A stretch of 64,000 nucleotides of DNA from Opitutia bacterium (GTDB lineage Bacteria; Verrucomicrobiota; Verrucomicrobiia; Opitutales; T3Sed10-336): contig JBJHCF010000004.1 in NCBI GenBank assembly GCA_050506795.1, positions 68,872-132,871 of the forward strand. Reading direction: 5' to 3'. The position numbers and the translations under genes are program-made. The stretch's first letter is position 1; the number at the start of each line of letters is the position of its first letter. The notes beneath the pieces are model-generated. The model was not told the DNA's origin and made no database searches. It was given only the letters and a program-made list of their open reading frames with translations. This document shows, one piece after another, positions 23,419-32,511 of the stretch.

Positions 23419-26046
23419 TTATTCCAGCAGGTTTTTCAGGTCTTCGATACTCAGTTTCGCGTTGGCGCTCTCGCTGGCGGCAAACAGATTGCGCAGCAGG
23501 TGCGACTTGGATCGTTGGAGTTCGAGAACCTTTTCTTCGATCGTATCTGCGGCGATCAGTTTGATGCTGGTAACCACCCTGCTTTGGCCGATGCGGTGCG
23601 CCCGGTCCGTGGCCTGAGCCTCGACCGCGGGGTTCCACCAGGGATCGTAATGGATCACGGTGTCCGCGCCGGTGAGGTTGAGTCCGGTTCCGCCCGCTTT
23701 GAGCGAAATGAGGAAGACCGGAATGTCAGGACTGTTGTTGAAACGGTCGCATTCCTTGAGGCGGTCTTTGGTGGATCCGTCAAGATAGCAATAACTCAAA
23801 CCCGCCTGGTCCAGTTCGGCGCGCAGCAGTTGAAGCAGCGATACGAATTGCGAGAAGACCAGCATGCGGTGGTCGCCGTCGATGGATTCCTGAACCAGTT
23901 CGAGGAAAGAATCCTTCTTTGCCGAATCGAGAGCCTGTTCGGGCGCCGGCTCCTTCCCCTTGTACAGCAGTCTCGGGTCGCAGCAGAACTGGCGCAGGCG
24001 CAGCAACTGGGTGAAAGCCGCCATACGCAGTTTCCCCTCGGAGGCTCCGGCCATTTCCAGCTCGAAGATCGCCTTCTGGGTATTCTCCTTCAGTTCCTGG
24101 TACTGTTGCCGCTGGATCGGGCCCATTTCGCAGTAGATGACCTGCTCGATCTTTTCGGGCAGTTCCGGAGCGACGATCTGTTTGGTTCGGCGCAGGATAT
24201 AGGGCGCCGCCTTTTGCTGGATACGGGTATCGTACCACTCGCGCTCCTCCGCCTTGGCATTGGCGGGCGGTTTGTGCAGGTAACCGGGAAGGATGAAATC
24301 AAAGAGAGCCACCAGGTCGTCCAGACTGTTCTCCAGCGGCGTACCGGTGAGCAGGAAATGTCCCCGGCTGTAAAGTGAACAAATCGATCGGAAATTTCGC
24401 GTTTGCGGATTTTTGATGTGCTGCGCCTCGTCCGCGACGATACAGTCGAACACCAGACTTTGAAACAGGTCCGCGTCGCGAATAAGCGTGGTGTAAGAGG
24501 TGATCACCAGGTCGTATTGCTCGAATTCCTCCACCGAAGTCAGCCGGTCGTTCCCGTGGTGCAGGAAGAACTTGAACATCGGCACGAACCTTTGGGTTTC
24601 CCGTTTCCAGTTGGTCAACAGACCCGCGGGGCAGACAACCAGGAAGGGAGAGGAGATGATGCGTTGGTGGCGTCCACGCGAATTCTTCTTGCGGCTCTTC
24701 TGCTTGAATTTACGTCGCCGGATCTGCCATTTGCGAATCGCCGCCAGGAGGGCCAGGGCCTGTATGGTTTTCCCGAGACCCATCTCGTCGGCCAGGATTC
24801 CGCCGATCTTGTTGCGATAGAGGTGATACATCCATCCCACGCCCAATCGCTGGTACGCGCGCAGCGCTTCATCCAGATCGCGGGGAATGGGTGGGCGTTC
24901 CAGCCGGGAGAGGTCGCGAATCGCCACGCTGCGCTTCTTCCAGCTTCCGGGGGTCTGATGGTGGTCGGCGATGGTTTCCATCAGGTACTCGGTGTCGGGC
25001 ATATCCCGAATCTCGATACGGTGCTGGGTGCGCGGCACCAGAGCCTGATTGTGATTGCCGGCGAGAGAGCGCTGAAGGTGCTCCAGACCCTGGAGCTTGC
25101 GGTCCGAAATGAGGAATACCCGCGTGGGTGTTTCCACGTAGTTTTTGCCGGAATTGATATTGTTTTGGATCTCGCGAAACTTGAATTTGCCGGCCTTGAG
25201 GGAGGTTTGAACCACGAAATGCCCGTCCTCCTCGCGGGCGATGCAGGTGATTTTCGCGTCTGTGATCCTCTCGGTGTTTTTCTTGAAGTTTTCGGTGAAG
25301 TTGGCCTGGAACTTATTCTCCAACGCGCTCCAATGCTCCGCGAGGAAGTTCAGCACCTTGTGCCGGTCGCGCATCCACCACTTGCGGGAGGAGGGATCAA
25401 GCAGAAACTCGTTGCTGCGCAGCAGGGCCAGCGCGTCAGCGTACAGCGGGTGGTCGCGTGAAGGCAGGCTAATGGCCAGGAAATTGCCGGAGCCGTCCAC
25501 TTCCATGGGAGTGAAACCGGCATTGATGTCCGGCACCGGCTCCACCGGGGCCGAGGGTTGGTCCCCGGCTGCGGGAGGATCTTCCGCCTCCCAAATGTCC
25601 TCTTCGTCCTCGTCCTCTTCGTCCTCGTCGGATTCCAGATATTCGCTGATGCCGTCGAGCCGGGATCCGTCCCAGTCGAGCGGCGTATCCCGGCTGAGAC
25701 CCAGGAAAAACACCGGTTCGTCCCTCAGTACGTCGATCAACTTCTTGAGCTGGCTTCGCCGAAGTTTGGATTTTTCCGGCAACTGGTTTTCATTCCAGGT
25801 CTCCAGGAGGCGCCCGGCGATGGCGTGCGGCGGCGCCAGGTTATACGGACGACTCCGGTCGAGTTCTTCCGGACTGCAGATGGAACCGTCGGCGAATTCG
25901 ACCTCCAACTTTAGCGGAATCGCATTGCGCCTGGCTGCCGAGGCGGGCTTGGCGGGGAGGTGAATCAGGAATCTGATCGGCACCCCTTGCGTTTCCGAAA
26001 GGGAAAGAGAGTTCAGTGTAGGAGTTAGCTCGGTGGCTTGCGGCAT
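23419..26046 (-). CDS. SNF2-family helicase with a ~400-aa N-terminal domain
   Basis: Motif I is LADEMGLGKT and motif II is DEAQHIKN. The helicase-C region reads GGTGLNLTGADTVIHYDPWWNPAVEAQATDRAHRIGQ. An acidic tract SDEDEEDEDEEDIWEAED lies in the N-terminal domain. Confidence 0.9.
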   Translation of the reverse strand: MPQATELTPTLNSLSLSETQGVPIRFLIHLPAKPASAARRNAIPLKLEVEFADGSICSPEELDRSRPYNLAPPHAIAGRLLETWNENQLPEKSKLRRSQLKKLIDVLRDEPVFFLGLSRDTPLDWDGSRLDGISEYLESDEDEEDEDEEDIWEAEDPPAAGDQPSAPVEPVPDINAGFTPMEVDGSGNFLAISLPSRDHPLYADALALLRSNEFLLDPSSRKWWMRDRHKVLNFLAEHWSALENKFQANFTENFKKNTERITDAKITCIAREEDGHFVVQTSLKAGKFKFREIQNNINSGKNYVETPTRVFLISDRKLQGLEHLQRSLAGNHNQALVPRTQHRIEIRDMPDTEYLMETIADHHQTPGSWKKRSVAIRDLSRLERPPIPRDLDEALRAYQRLGVGWMYHLYRNKIGGILADEMGLGKTIQALALLAAIRKWQIRRRKFKQKSRKKNSRGRHQRIISSPFLVVCPAGLLTNWKRETQRFVPMFKFFLHHGNDRLTSVEEFEQYDLVITSYTTLIRDADLFQSLVFDCIVADEAQHIKNPQTRNFRSICSLYSRGHFLLTGTPLENSLDDLVALFDFILPGYLHKPPANAKAEEREWYDTRIQQKAAPYILRRTKQIVAPELPEKIEQVIYCEMGPIQRQQYQELKENTQKAIFELEMAGASEGKLRMAAFTQLLRLRQFCCDPRLLYKGKEPAPEQALDSAKKDSFLELVQESIDGDHRMLVFSQFVSLLQLLRAELDQAGLSYCYLDGSTKDRLKECDRFNNSPDIPVFLISLKAGGTGLNLTGADTVIHYDPWWNPAVEAQATDRAHRIGQSRVVTSIKLIAADTIEEKVLELQRSKSHLLRNLFAASESANAKLSIEDLKNLLE

Positions 26047-26434
26047 TTGTTTTGAATTTCCCCATGGGAAAGGATGGGAATTAATGTCCCGATCCTATAA
26101 TGGGCGAATCATTTACACGGAAAAACCGTCTTCCGAATAGGAGCTTCATTGGTTCGAAGCGCTGTTCGGATATGTTTGCGATCTCATGAAATAGCAGAAA
26201 TTAATGTGTTGAAAAGAAGAAAATCAAATGACTTCGCAACGATGCGCCTATATGGTTTGAGCGTTTCACTGGCAACAGGTTGAATGCATCATCAAGCAGC
26301 ATCGGCCTTCGTGTTGCGCGGGAAGCAAAGGGAAATGTGAGCTGTGAGCAGTCACAAAACCGGGAACGGGTCGTTTTGTGCCGGGAATTGATTTGAGATT
26401 TGTCCCCGAGACACGTTTGTCTAGATGTTGAGGT

Positions 26435-28543
26435 ATGACAGAATATCCGTTTTTGCAAGAGACTTTCTTAATTTCCTGGTCGAGCCTAACTCCGGATCGG
26501 GTGAAGCCGGACATCGAAAAGGCGCTGCGGGAAGCGCGCGCGCAGCTGGATGAAGTCGCCGGGCAATCCGGCGATGAATTGACTTTCGAGAGCACCTTGC
26601 TGGCGTTGGACAAGGCCACGGAGCGCCTGAGCGAGGCATGGGGAAGAGTGTCGCATCTCAATTCCGTCTGCGACAGCCCTCCACTGCGTCAGGCCTATAA
26701 TGAAATGTTGCCGCGGGTTTCGGAGTTTTTTGCCGGGATTCCGTTGGATGAAAAGTTGTGGAGGGTGATCCGGCAATTCGCGGAAACCGCGGCGGCCGAT
26801 TCCCTGACCGGGGTCCGGAGACGTTTTCTGGACGAGACTCTTGCCGACTTTCGCCAGGCAGGCGCCGACCTGTCCCATGAGGGGAAAAAACGCATGGAAG
26901 CGATCGAGAGCGAGCTCTCCGCGCTGACACAAAAATACTCAGAGAATGTGCTCGACGCCACCAATGCCTGGGAACTGGTGATCGACGACGAGGCGCGCCT
27001 GGCCGGCTTGCCCGCCAACGCAAAAGAAGCCGCCCGGCATAACGCCCTGACCAAGGGATACGGAAGCGAGGACGAGCCTCGTTGGCGGTTTACCCTGCAC
27101 ATGCCTTCCTACGAACCGTTCATGACCTATCTCGACGACGCCGGATTGCGGCGTCAGATGTGGGAGGCGGCCGTGGCGGTGGGCGCCGGTGAGCCTTACG
27201 ACAATACCGGGCTGATCGATCGAATACTCGCCTTGCGGCAGGAAAAAGCCCAATTGCTCGGAAAGGACAGTTTTGCCTCGCTCGTGCTGGAACGGCGCAT
27301 GGCCAGGAGCAGCGAACGGGCACTGGGGTTTGTTGAAGACCTGCACCGCCGGTCCCGCGAAATGTTTGCGGACGAAAATCGCGAGTTGGAGGATTTTCAC
27401 GGCGGGCACGCGCATGAGGCCAGCCTGCCTTTGGAGCCCTGGGACCTGCTTTACTGGTCGGAGAAACAACGGCGGGCGACTTTTGATTTCGATGAGGAGG
27501 ATTTGAGGCCCTATTTTCCGATCGACCGGGTTATTCGCGGTTTGTTCGCCATCGCCGAACGGATTTTCGATATCGCTATCGTGGAGCGCGAGGACACTGT
27601 GTTTCACGAGCCGGACGCCGGGAATGAGGCGCCGGCCGACGCGGTCGAAGTCTGGCACCCCGAAGTTCGTTTTTACGAGCTGAGGGACCGGAGCAACCGC
27701 CATCTGGGGTCCTTTTATGCCGACTGGCACCCGCGTGAATCCAAACGGGGAGGCGCCTGGTTCAACCCGCTGGCCACCGGCGGGCCGACTCCGAGTGGCG
27801 AGCGGCTGCCGCACCTCGGCGTAATCTGCGGAAATCTCACGCCGTCGGTGGCGGGAAAGCCGGCCTTGCTCACCCATCGAGAGGTGGAGACGATTTTCCA
27901 TGAGTTTGGACACCTGCTTCACCACCTGTTCGGTGAAGTGGAAATCAAGTCGCTCAACGGGGTCAACGTGCCCTGGGACTTCGTGGAACTCCCTTCGCAA
28001 ATCATGGAGAATTGGTGTTGGGACCGTGAAAGCCTCGACTTTTTCGCGCGGCATCACGAAACCGGCGTTCCCATTCCCGACGACCTTTTTGAGAAAATGT
28101 CGGCGGCCCGAAACTACCGTTCGGCCAACGCCACCATGCGACAGTTGAGCTTTGCCCGACTCGATCTGGAATTGCACGCGCGCTATTCGCGGTATGCGGA
28201 CAAGGATCTTGATTCAGCCCTCAAGGAGGTGCTGACCGATTATCTGCCGCCCACCCGAACGCCGATGCCCACTATCATCCGCCGGTTCGGCCACTTGTTT
28301 TCCAGTCCGACAGGATACGCGGCGGGATATTATTCCTACAAGTGGTCTGAGGTCCTCGATGCGGACGCCTTCACCCGTTTTCAGACGGAAGGCGTGCTAA
28401 ATCCCAAAGTGGGCAGGGAATTCGCCGAGAAGATTCTGTGTAAGGGAAATTCTGAAGATCCGTTGAAACTTTATGTCGATTTTATGGGCCGGGAGCCGGA
28501 CTTGCTGGCATTGTTGAAACGTGCCGGGTTACTTAAGGAATGA
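26435..28543 (+). CDS. M3-family metallopeptidase (oligopeptidase A / dipeptidyl carboxypeptidase-like)
   Basis: The zinc motif is FHEFGHLLHH. The length of 702 aa and the overall pattern fit the M3 family. Confidence 0.9.
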   Translation: MTEYPFLQETFLISWSSLTPDRVKPDIEKALREARAQLDEVAGQSGDELTFESTLLALDKATERLSEAWGRVSHLNSVCDSPPLRQAYNEMLPRVSEFFAGIPLDEKLWRVIRQFAETAAADSLTGVRRRFLDETLADFRQAGADLSHEGKKRMEAIESELSALTQKYSENVLDATNAWELVIDDEARLAGLPANAKEAARHNALTKGYGSEDEPRWRFTLHMPSYEPFMTYLDDAGLRRQMWEAAVAVGAGEPYDNTGLIDRILALRQEKAQLLGKDSFASLVLERRMARSSERALGFVEDLHRRSREMFADENRELEDFHGGHAHEASLPLEPWDLLYWSEKQRRATFDFDEEDLRPYFPIDRVIRGLFAIAERIFDIAIVEREDTVFHEPDAGNEAPADAVEVWHPEVRFYELRDRSNRHLGSFYADWHPRESKRGGAWFNPLATGGPTPSGERLPHLGVICGNLTPSVAGKPALLTHREVETIFHEFGHLLHHLFGEVEIKSLNGVNVPWDFVELPSQIMENWCWDRESLDFFARHHETGVPIPDDLFEKMSAARNYRSANATMRQLSFARLDLELHARYSRYADKDLDSALKEVLTDYLPPTRTPMPTIIRRFGHLFSSPTGYAAGYYSYKWSEVLDADAFTRFQTEGVLNPKVGREFAEKILCKGNSEDPLKLYVDFMGREPDLLALLKRAGLLKE

Positions 28544-28662
28544 GAGGAGCAAGGACCGCGGCTGAGCCGATTGGATGGGTGGCAGAATCCTGGCCATCCA
28601 CTTGTCATTGGCCAGGCCGTGGATAGGTTGCCGCTCTTTTGCCGTGCCGCGGAGCTGTGTTC

Positions 28663-31600
28663 ATGAAAAAACTTATCTACATTGGGGCCGGTTCCCTCCT
28701 GATTTTTGTCCTGATTATTCTGTTGCTCCCGCTCTGGTTGCCCTGGGTCGTCAAGCCGGTGGGGGCACGATTCGGCTTGGAATATGCGGAATACGAAAGG
28801 ATCGGATATGGGAGATTTGCCCTGCACGATGTCGACTTCGAGCATGAGGTCGTTTCCTTTTCCGGCGAACGGTTGGAAGGGTACCTGCCGTTGACCTGGA
28901 TTATCCGCGCCCTGCTGCGGGATACGGAAAACGATTTCGTCTCACTGGAAAGCTGGCGTCTGGTAGTCGAACCGCCGGAGAAGGTGGAGGTCGAAGAGCC
29001 GGCGGAAGTCTATGCCTACAGGATTTTCGAGCTGGTGGAGGGCATTCTGCCGCACGTGGTTCGCTGGGCGCCCGGAGCTTCCGCCCGCGAAGGTGTGGTG
29101 GCGGTGGAGGATCTCGAGATCTCGGTGGAGGAAGTCGTCTGGGATGCGGGGCGTGTGCACGGGCGGGCGGGCATGCATTTTCTGGATGAGTTTTTTGAGG
29201 TGGTGCTGCGCGGGGATGTCAGCGAGCCCGGGCGCGTGGAGGTCGACGTTGAACTGCATCCCTGGGAAATCGTTCTGGTGGCGAACGCCGCCCGCTCCGA
29301 GGAGGATCTGACGTTCGACGCCAATGTTACCTGGCGCGACAATGAAGCGGGCTTGTCGGCGCGATTTGGGCCGGAAGATGTATTGCCGGCGGAGGCACTC
29401 CTGTGGTCCGAGGCGTTGACCGTTCCGTCGGAGTTGGTGGGAATGGATGAATATGAAGCATTGGTGGCGACCATCCGGGCCGAGTGGCGCGAGGCGGCTT
29501 ACGAAGTCGGAATCCGAGCCGAGGCCGTACCCCGTGATCCGGCATCTCCCTATTCCCGAGTGGAGGCGGATATCCGGGCGGAGGGCGACCTGGATTCGGT
29601 CCGCCTGGAGTCGTTTAGCCTGCACACCCCCTTTCTGCGAGCTGAGCTGAGTGAACCCCTCGAGGTCGACTATCGGGGGCGGTTACTGGGAGAGGGGTCC
29701 GTTTTTCAGGTCGAGGGAGACCTTGCCGAGCAGGGTTTTTTCGAGGCTTCCGGCACCCTCGCCGCGCAATTGACCGTGGCGCCCGGGGCCGCCGATTGGC
29801 CCGATGTCGATTTTGTCCTGAACGCGGAGGCCCTGTCGGCGTTTGCTGTATCGGGTGAATCGTTATCGGTGGAAGGTCGGCTTTTTTGGCCGGAAGCCGT
29901 CACTGAGGGTCCTCCCTGGCCGCATGCGAATTACAGCATTGTCGTGGGGCGAATCGAAGCCTTTGACCGCGTCGTGGAGGAAGCCACAGCCCAAGGGCGC
30001 TTCACCCCGCCGATGGCTGAATTGACTGCGCTGACCGCGTCCCTGGCGGACGGAACCTCGCTGGAAGGGTTTGTCGATTTCGATGTTGTGGATTTTCGAG
30101 TCGGCCGGGGAGAGGTGGTTCTTGATTTGCGGGAAGACGTGGTGCGGGAGTTTCTTCCGGATGGCGTCGGATTCAGTCAGGCACGGCTCGGGGCCAGGGT
30201 TTCCGGCCCCATCCAGACTCTTCGGCATGAGGTCGAATTTGCGCTCGATTCGCTGCGGGCTCCGGAGATCAAACCGGGTGATCTCACTTTTTCCTGGCGA
30301 GGAGAATTTCTGGACTTCGACGAATGGCTCCTCGAGTGGCGTAATATTGACGACGCGAGCATACAGGCGGGCGGGGTCTTCAGTGGGGCATTGGATCGGG
30401 CCGAGCTGGACCTGGGGCGTCTGGTTTTTGCCCTCGGCGAGGAGACTTTGTTGAATCTGGAGGCGCCCGTGCGATTGGAGGTCATCGAGAGTGAAACGCC
30501 GGTCGATCCCAACCTGGAGTCGGCCTTGCAGGAGTGGCGGGTCGTCCTGAGTGACCTCGTCCTGGAGGGCGGGGAGGAGAGGCTGACCTTGAACGGTCTG
30601 CTGGATTGGCCCCGCCAGGGAAGGCTGGAGGTCGGAGTCGAAGGATTCGGGCCAAGCCTCTTCGGGCATTATTTGAGCCGGGATCTGCCTGATTTTCACC
30701 TTGAATATTTGGGACTGGAGTCCTTTTGGAGCGATGGGGGAGCGTTGCATTTCGATCTGGAGACCCGGCTCAACGGGGAGATACCGGGTGAGGAACGCCT
30801 TCGTCTGGAGACCGCGCTTTCAGGAGACGATTCGGGAGTTCGTGTTAATCGTCTCGAACTTTCCGGTGATGAAGGGAGTGTGTTGACCGCTTCCGGTCAT
30901 CTTCCGCTGATTCTGTTTCCCGGGCGACCGGACGAGTTGTGGATCATCGACTACGAGAAGGAGATTCTGCTCGCGGCCGCGTCGGATCCGGACGCCACGC
31001 TTTGGGAACGGCTCGACGAGATGACCGGCGTCAGGCTGGATACGCCGAGGCTGAGTGCGGATTTGGAGGGAACGCTCCTGCGGCCGCGAGGAGTCGTCGC
31101 TTTTAGCGCGGACGGTCTGGAGTATGCCGGTCTGGCGGATCAAAGGTTGCCCCAACTGAGCGAGATCGATGTCAGGGCGGTCTTTGATGTGAACGAAGCA
31201 CGTTTGGAAACCTTCCGGTTCCTGGTGGAGGGTCAGGAAGTTCGCGCCGAGGCGGTTTGCCCCCTAGGTGGTGAAACCTGGGGGGCCCTGGTGCGCGAGG
31301 GACAGGTCCCGGACTGGACGCAGATCGAGGCCTCACTGTTGATCGATCGGGCCGAGTTGGCTCCGTTCGCGCAGTTCTTTCCGGCATTGCTCAGCCCACA
31401 GGGCACACTGAGCGTGGATCTGAGGTTGAGAGGCGATCGTTTTGAATCGGGTGAAGTGATTCTGGAAGGCGCGGCCACCCGCCCAATAATGCCGGTGGGG
31501 TCGATGCAGGATATGCGGGCGCTCATACGCTTCGAGGATCGCACCGCGATTCTGGAAGAGTTTTCCGGCAGGCTTGGAGGTGAGCGGGTTCGGGTTGCGG

Positions 31601-32511
31601 GCCGTCTTTCTCTGCCGGAGAGTCTGGAACCCGACTTCGAGCTGACGGTCCGCGGAAACAACCTGCCACTGACTCGCCAGCCCGGACTGGTCATTCGGGG
31701 TGACGTTGATCTGGCGATTCGCGGCAACGCGGAGGAAACGGCATCAATATCGGGTAATATCAACATGCGCGAGAGTCTGGTGATCACCGAACTGCGCGCC
31801 ATGGCCCCGGTTTCCGTCGCCACTCCCGAACGAAGGCCCCCGTTTTTTAGCGTCGATCAGGAGCCCTTCTCCGCCTGGGTGCTCGATATCGATATCGAGG
31901 GGGACCGCTTCCTTTCGGTGCGGGCTCCGGGGTTTCGTGGTCGCTTGTCGGCGAATTTCAATGTCCGCGGGACGCTGCTCGAGCCCCAGGCTATCGGTGA
32001 GGTGCAGATCAATTCCGGCGGAGTCCGATTCCCGTTCGCGACCATGCGTATCAACCAGGGGACAGTGTCATTGAGCCAGGACAATCCCTATCAGCCTCAA
32101 TTGTTCATCACCGCTTCGACACGCCTTTTTGGATACGATCTCCATATGGAACTCAGCGGAACGGCGGATGATCCGTCCCTGGAATTCAGCTCGCATCCTC
32201 CGCTGAGTTCGGAAGCGATCCTTTTGATGATTACCGCGGGCGAACTTCCCCGCGATGAGCTGCAATTCACCGGTCAACAAAAAGCCACCAAGCTTGCCCT
32301 TTATATCGCCCAGAACCTGTTCCTGGAGTTCGGCGGTGATGATGACGCCGCGGAGCGACTCACCATTCGATCGGGCGAGAATATATCCGAGCAGGGCAGA
32401 GAGACCTTTTATCTGGAGTACATGTTCTGGCCCCGGGTCGGTTTGGTGGGTGAATACGACCGGTTCGATGCGTTCAATGCCGGAATCAAGTGGAGGTTTT
32501 TCAGTCGATGA
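28663..32511 (+). CDS. tamB: TamB-like translocation and assembly module protein (DUF490)
   Basis: ~1280 aa with a single N-terminal TM (MKKLIYIGAGSLLIFVLIILLLPLWL). The body is long and beta-rich, and the C-terminal DUF490-like end reads LEFSSHPPLSSEAILLMITAG. The stop overlaps the next start as ATGA. Confidence 0.75.
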   Translation: MKKLIYIGAGSLLIFVLIILLLPLWLPWVVKPVGARFGLEYAEYERIGYGRFALHDVDFEHEVVSFSGERLEGYLPLTWIIRALLRDTENDFVSLESWRLVVEPPEKVEVEEPAEVYAYRIFELVEGILPHVVRWAPGASAREGVVAVEDLEISVEEVVWDAGRVHGRAGMHFLDEFFEVVLRGDVSEPGRVEVDVELHPWEIVLVANAARSEEDLTFDANVTWRDNEAGLSARFGPEDVLPAEALLWSEALTVPSELVGMDEYEALVATIRAEWREAAYEVGIRAEAVPRDPASPYSRVEADIRAEGDLDSVRLESFSLHTPFLRAELSEPLEVDYRGRLLGEGSVFQVEGDLAEQGFFEASGTLAAQLTVAPGAADWPDVDFVLNAEALSAFAVSGESLSVEGRLFWPEAVTEGPPWPHANYSIVVGRIEAFDRVVEEATAQGRFTPPMAELTALTASLADGTSLEGFVDFDVVDFRVGRGEVVLDLREDVVREFLPDGVGFSQARLGARVSGPIQTLRHEVEFALDSLRAPEIKPGDLTFSWRGEFLDFDEWLLEWRNIDDASIQAGGVFSGALDRAELDLGRLVFALGEETLLNLEAPVRLEVIESETPVDPNLESALQEWRVVLSDLVLEGGEERLTLNGLLDWPRQGRLEVGVEGFGPSLFGHYLSRDLPDFHLEYLGLESFWSDGGALHFDLETRLNGEIPGEERLRLETALSGDDSGVRVNRLELSGDEGSVLTASGHLPLILFPGRPDELWIIDYEKEILLAAASDPDATLWERLDEMTGVRLDTPRLSADLEGTLLRPRGVVAFSADGLEYAGLADQRLPQLSEIDVRAVFDVNEARLETFRFLVEGQEVRAEAVCPLGGETWGALVREGQVPDWTQIEASLLIDRAELAPFAQFFPALLSPQGTLSVDLRLRGDRFESGEVILEGAATRPIMPVGSMQDMRALIRFEDRTAILEEFSGRLGGERVRVAGRLSLPESLEPDFELTVRGNNLPLTRQPGLVIRGDVDLAIRGNAEETASISGNINMRESLVITELRAMAPVSVATPERRPPFFSVDQEPFSAWVLDIDIEGDRFLSVRAPGFRGRLSANFNVRGTLLEPQAIGEVQINSGGVRFPFATMRINQGTVSLSQDNPYQPQLFITASTRLFGYDLHMELSGTADDPSLEFSSHPPLSSEAILLMITAGELPRDELQFTGQQKATKLALYIAQNLFLEFGGDDDAAERLTIRSGENISEQGRETFYLEYMFWPRVGLVGEYDRFDAFNAGIKWRFFSR

